Made by a program: the position numbers and the translations under genes | Assembly (NCBI GenBank): GCA_965249485.1 | Contig: OZ252239.1 | Span: 2,688,001-2,752,000 of the forward strand | From: a bacterium | Lineage (GTDB): Bacteria; SM23-31 | Reading direction: 5' to 3' | Length of the DNA stretch: 64,000 nt | Shown here: piece by piece, positions 61,435 to 64,000 of the stretch | Layout: the number at the start of each line of letters is the position of its first letter | Position numbering within the stretch: position 1 is the stretch's first letter | The notes under the pieces: generated by a model | What the model was told of the DNA's origin: nothing | Seen by the model: the letters and a program-made list of their open reading frames with translations, nothing else | Databases searched by the model: none

Positions 61435-62416
61435 CTATACATATACTAAAGAACAAGTGCAAAGATAGTTAATAGAATGAAATGTAGAAGATTTGGAAAC
61501 AATATCGAATTGCATTTTGTCCTGGAGGTACAGATAACTATTTACTATTTTTTTTATTGCCCGAATATGGTCCGGAGTCGTACCACAGCACCCACCAATA
61601 ATTGAAACATCGCAATTAATAAATTCTTCTACTCTTTGTGAAAAATATTCAGGTGTTTCCGGGTACGTTACCATTCCATCACTGAGTTCAGGCTGTCCCG
61701 CATTAGGTTGGATAATGATGGGAAGAGATGAGTGCTTTTTAAATTCTCTTGCAATCTCAATCATGTTTTCAATTCCATTGGTACAGTTTGACCCAATAAT
61801 GTCAACTCCTGCTTCCCGAAGGCCTTCTGCAGCCTGGACTACATTTACACCCATCATGGTGAAATAGCCTTTAGGTGTTTTATTAAACGTCATGGTGGCG
61901 AGGACAGGAACCTCTTTCGAATTGGATTTAACTGCTTTTATTGCTAATTCGACCTCTTGAAGATCCGTCATAGTTTCAATACTAATTAAATCTACACCCG
62001 CCTTTATGAGTGCAATGACCTGGCGCTCAAAACTTCCATATACCTCATTGGGATCGACATCTCCGTATGGTTTCAATATCTTACCGCACGGTCCGCAGGA
62101 ACCCGAAACATATGCACGATTATCAACAGCTTTTTTTACAATTGCGACCGCTGCCGTATTAATTTCTTCGGTTTTGTTATCCTGTATTATAGTCTGAAAG
62201 TTTTAATTATGAGGCTCCAAAAGTATTAGTTTGAACAATTTCCGCACCTGCTTCACAATAAAGACCAGCAATTTCCTCAAGAATATTCGGCTGAGTAAGA
62301 TTAAGAACATCAGGACATTCACCCGGTTCAAGCCCTTTTTGGACCAGCATAGTGCCCAGTCCGCCATCTGCGACTAATATTTCTCCTCTATCAAGTCTAT
62401 CCATTAATGATTCCAC
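61435..62416 (-). pseudogene. Stand-alone homocysteine S-methyltransferase family protein (MetH N-terminal domain), interrupted by an in-frame TAA (62207-62209) and a frameshift near 62185
   Basis: VADGGLGT, AGAEIVQTNTFGAS*LKL, then after the shift KTEEINTAAV...GSCGPCG, IETM, GSNC, QPNAG, GGCCGTTP. Confidence 0.85.
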
Positions 62417-62439
62417 ACAACTCTCCTAATAAATATCAC

Positions 62440-63816
62440 TCACACATTTTCAGATATGACAAATGGTTCCCTATATGTTCGTTTTACGAACTTGTTTGCT
62501 TCGACATCACCTACAATTTTTTCCGTCCTTGCATCAAAAACCAGCTTGCGGGAATTCAAGCGTAAAGAAGTATTGCCCAGGTGTACAAGTACAGCACTGC
62601 GGTGTCCCTCTTCAATATCCCCATTGGGTAATGTGCGGCTGCGAATACAATCGATAAAATTCGTTTGATGCTCAACATCCGGAAGATATCCATATTCCTG
62701 AGCGACAACTTCACCGTCTTCCGTAAAAACCTGCCAACCTCCACCGTGACGTCCGGCAATCATCAATCCTTCTGTACCGTATATTTCGATACGGGTGGAA
62801 TTCATCGGCCAGTTTGGGAATTTTTCACTGCTGTAGCGTGTAGGCCAGGGGGTTTTCCTCATATACCGGTTCGGTGCTTGTTCATACGTCATAATGAGAT
62901 CATCAAAGTCATAATTGATGACCTGAGTATCCGGAACTTCGGTATCGTTTTTAGCACCCTTTGCGGCAAAAATACCGCCACTGCAGTAGACAACTTTAGG
63001 ATAATCCTTACCGACCAACCTGCGGGCAAGATCGAGCTGGTGGACGCCGTCATCAGCTAATAATCCGCCGGAATACGTCCAGAACGCATGCCAGTGACCT
63101 TGATAAATATCTTGATTATACGGACGTATTGGAGTGGGTCCAAGCCATGTGTTCCAATCAAAACCGGCAGGTGCAGTACTATCTGGCCCTAACGCAAAAG
63201 CTCTACTAAACAAATGGTTATAGACCTTGCATAAATGGATAGTACCCAATTTGCCGCTTCTAATGTACTCCTCAGCACGTAAATTATATGCACCACTTCG
63301 GTTTTGAGTGCCCGATTGAACAATTCTCTTATACTTCCGTGCTGCCTCGACCATCTTGCGCCCTTCCCAAATATTGTGAGAAGGCGGTTTTTCAACATAA
63401 ACATCCTTTCCAGCCTGGCAGGCATAGATCGTTAGCGGACCATGCCAGTGGTCGGGAGTCGCATTGATTACTGCATCGACATTCTTGTCATCCAGAACCC
63501 GTTGATATTCCTTAACTATTTTTATTGAGTTTATTGCTTTATAATCCGCCTTTTTTAACTCGTCCATCGCCCATGCACTTCTGTCTTCATTCAAATCGCA
63601 TAAATAGGCGATATTCACATCTGGCATTTCTGAAAATCTAATTATTAATTCTTCCGTGCCCCTGGACCCGCAGCCGATTAATGCTATGTTAACTTTATCA
63701 TTTGCTCCTACTGCTCGTTTTGGTTCCATAGTTGCTAATGTTGCCGCTCCAGCAGAAACCCCCACAGCACATTTGGTGGAATTGCTGAGAAAACGCCTTC
63801 TGCTTATTCTTTTCAT
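62440..63816 (-). CDS. Tat-exported Gfo/Idh/MocA family oxidoreductase
   Basis: SRRRFL twin-arginine signal, IGCGSRG, ATPDHWH, KDVYVEKP; GGAGG upstream of the ATG at 63816. Confidence 0.92.
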   Translation of the reverse strand: MKRISRRRFLSNSTKCAVGVSAGAATLATMEPKRAVGANDKVNIALIGCGSRGTEELIIRFSEMPDVNIAYLCDLNEDRSAWAMDELKKADYKAINSIKIVKEYQRVLDDKNVDAVINATPDHWHGPLTIYACQAGKDVYVEKPPSHNIWEGRKMVEAARKYKRIVQSGTQNRSGAYNLRAEEYIRSGKLGTIHLCKVYNHLFSRAFALGPDSTAPAGFDWNTWLGPTPIRPYNQDIYQGHWHAFWTYSGGLLADDGVHQLDLARRLVGKDYPKVVYCSGGIFAAKGAKNDTEVPDTQVINYDFDDLIMTYEQAPNRYMRKTPWPTRYSSEKFPNWPMNSTRIEIYGTEGLMIAGRHGGGWQVFTEDGEVVAQEYGYLPDVEHQTNFIDCIRSRTLPNGDIEEGHRSAVLVHLGNTSLRLNSRKLVFDARTEKIVGDVEANKFVKRTYREPFVISENV

Positions 63817-63869
63817 GAAACGTTCCTCCATGTAATTTAAAACTATACTGTGTTATGAAAAATTGCTAT

Positions 63870-63998
63870 TTATTCCTCTCCTGTGTCTAAAACCAGCTTG
63901 TTTGAACACCAGAAAATAAAGTCATTTATTTCATACCGCGAAATCCCAATATACTTCTGTCGCAAATGGGCAGTGTTGTTGCACTGCTGACAGTGTAA
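63870..63998 (-). CDS. Possible 3' end of an upstream CDS running off the window
   Basis: Open frame LHCQQCNNTAHLRQKYIGISRYEINDFIFWCSNKLVLDTGEE*; too short to assign. Confidence 0.3.
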   Translation of the reverse strand, partial: LHCQQCNNTAHLRQKYIGISRYEINDFIFWCSNKLVLDTGEE

Positions 63999-64000
63999 AC

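Noticed and set aside
63955..63995. GCAGTG/CACTGC hairpin near the window end as a possible riboswitch
   Set aside because: Short stem with no recognisable aptamer consensus; it lies in an open minus-strand frame and at the window edge.
1..64000. CRISPR arrays, transposases, integrases, restriction-modification or other defence genes
   Set aside because: None recognised; recD2, nfi, the DUF151 nuclease, the HD protein and smc look like ordinary housekeeping versions in housekeeping contexts.

Overview
AT-rich chromosomal segment of a diderm bacterium, probably FCB superphylum (inferred from a PorV/PorQ-family barrel, an ExbB-ExbD-ExbD-TonB cluster, a GldA/F/G-type ABC exporter with DUF4340, and a DUF5117/DUF4953 metalloprotease). 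Most genes are on the minus strand. Core genes: purQ (partial), smc, nfi, recD2, argS, cstA, cutA, ggt, mutY-like, merR-like followed by tRNA-Pro(GGG), ald, the rimP-nusA-infB-DUF503-rbfA-truB-ribF-rpsO-(ABC cassette)-pnp-M16 run, and tilS-ftsH-folP-cdaA-uvrC. I saw no mobile elements or CRISPR arrays. Five genes carry in-frame stops and/or frameshifts. All three stop codon types occur, which points to consensus-sequence errors rather than recoding. Most interesting: (1) a putative sigma54-driven envelope operon encoding a 64-aa protein, a FadL/PorV-like outer-membrane barrel and an inner-membrane-anchored protein with three FlgT_C-like repeats, a coiled coil and an acidic tail; (2) a GH2-fold protein lacking both catalytic glutamates, fused to a ~6-TM Yip1-like domain just upstream of smc; (3) a geranylgeranyl-reductase-like flavoprotein coupled to a lone HpnD/CrtB-type synthase; (4) an ECF sigma/ZAS anti-sigma pair with a Cys/His extracytoplasmic domain and a likely autoregulatory promoter. 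All family assignments are motif recognition by eye, not database searches.
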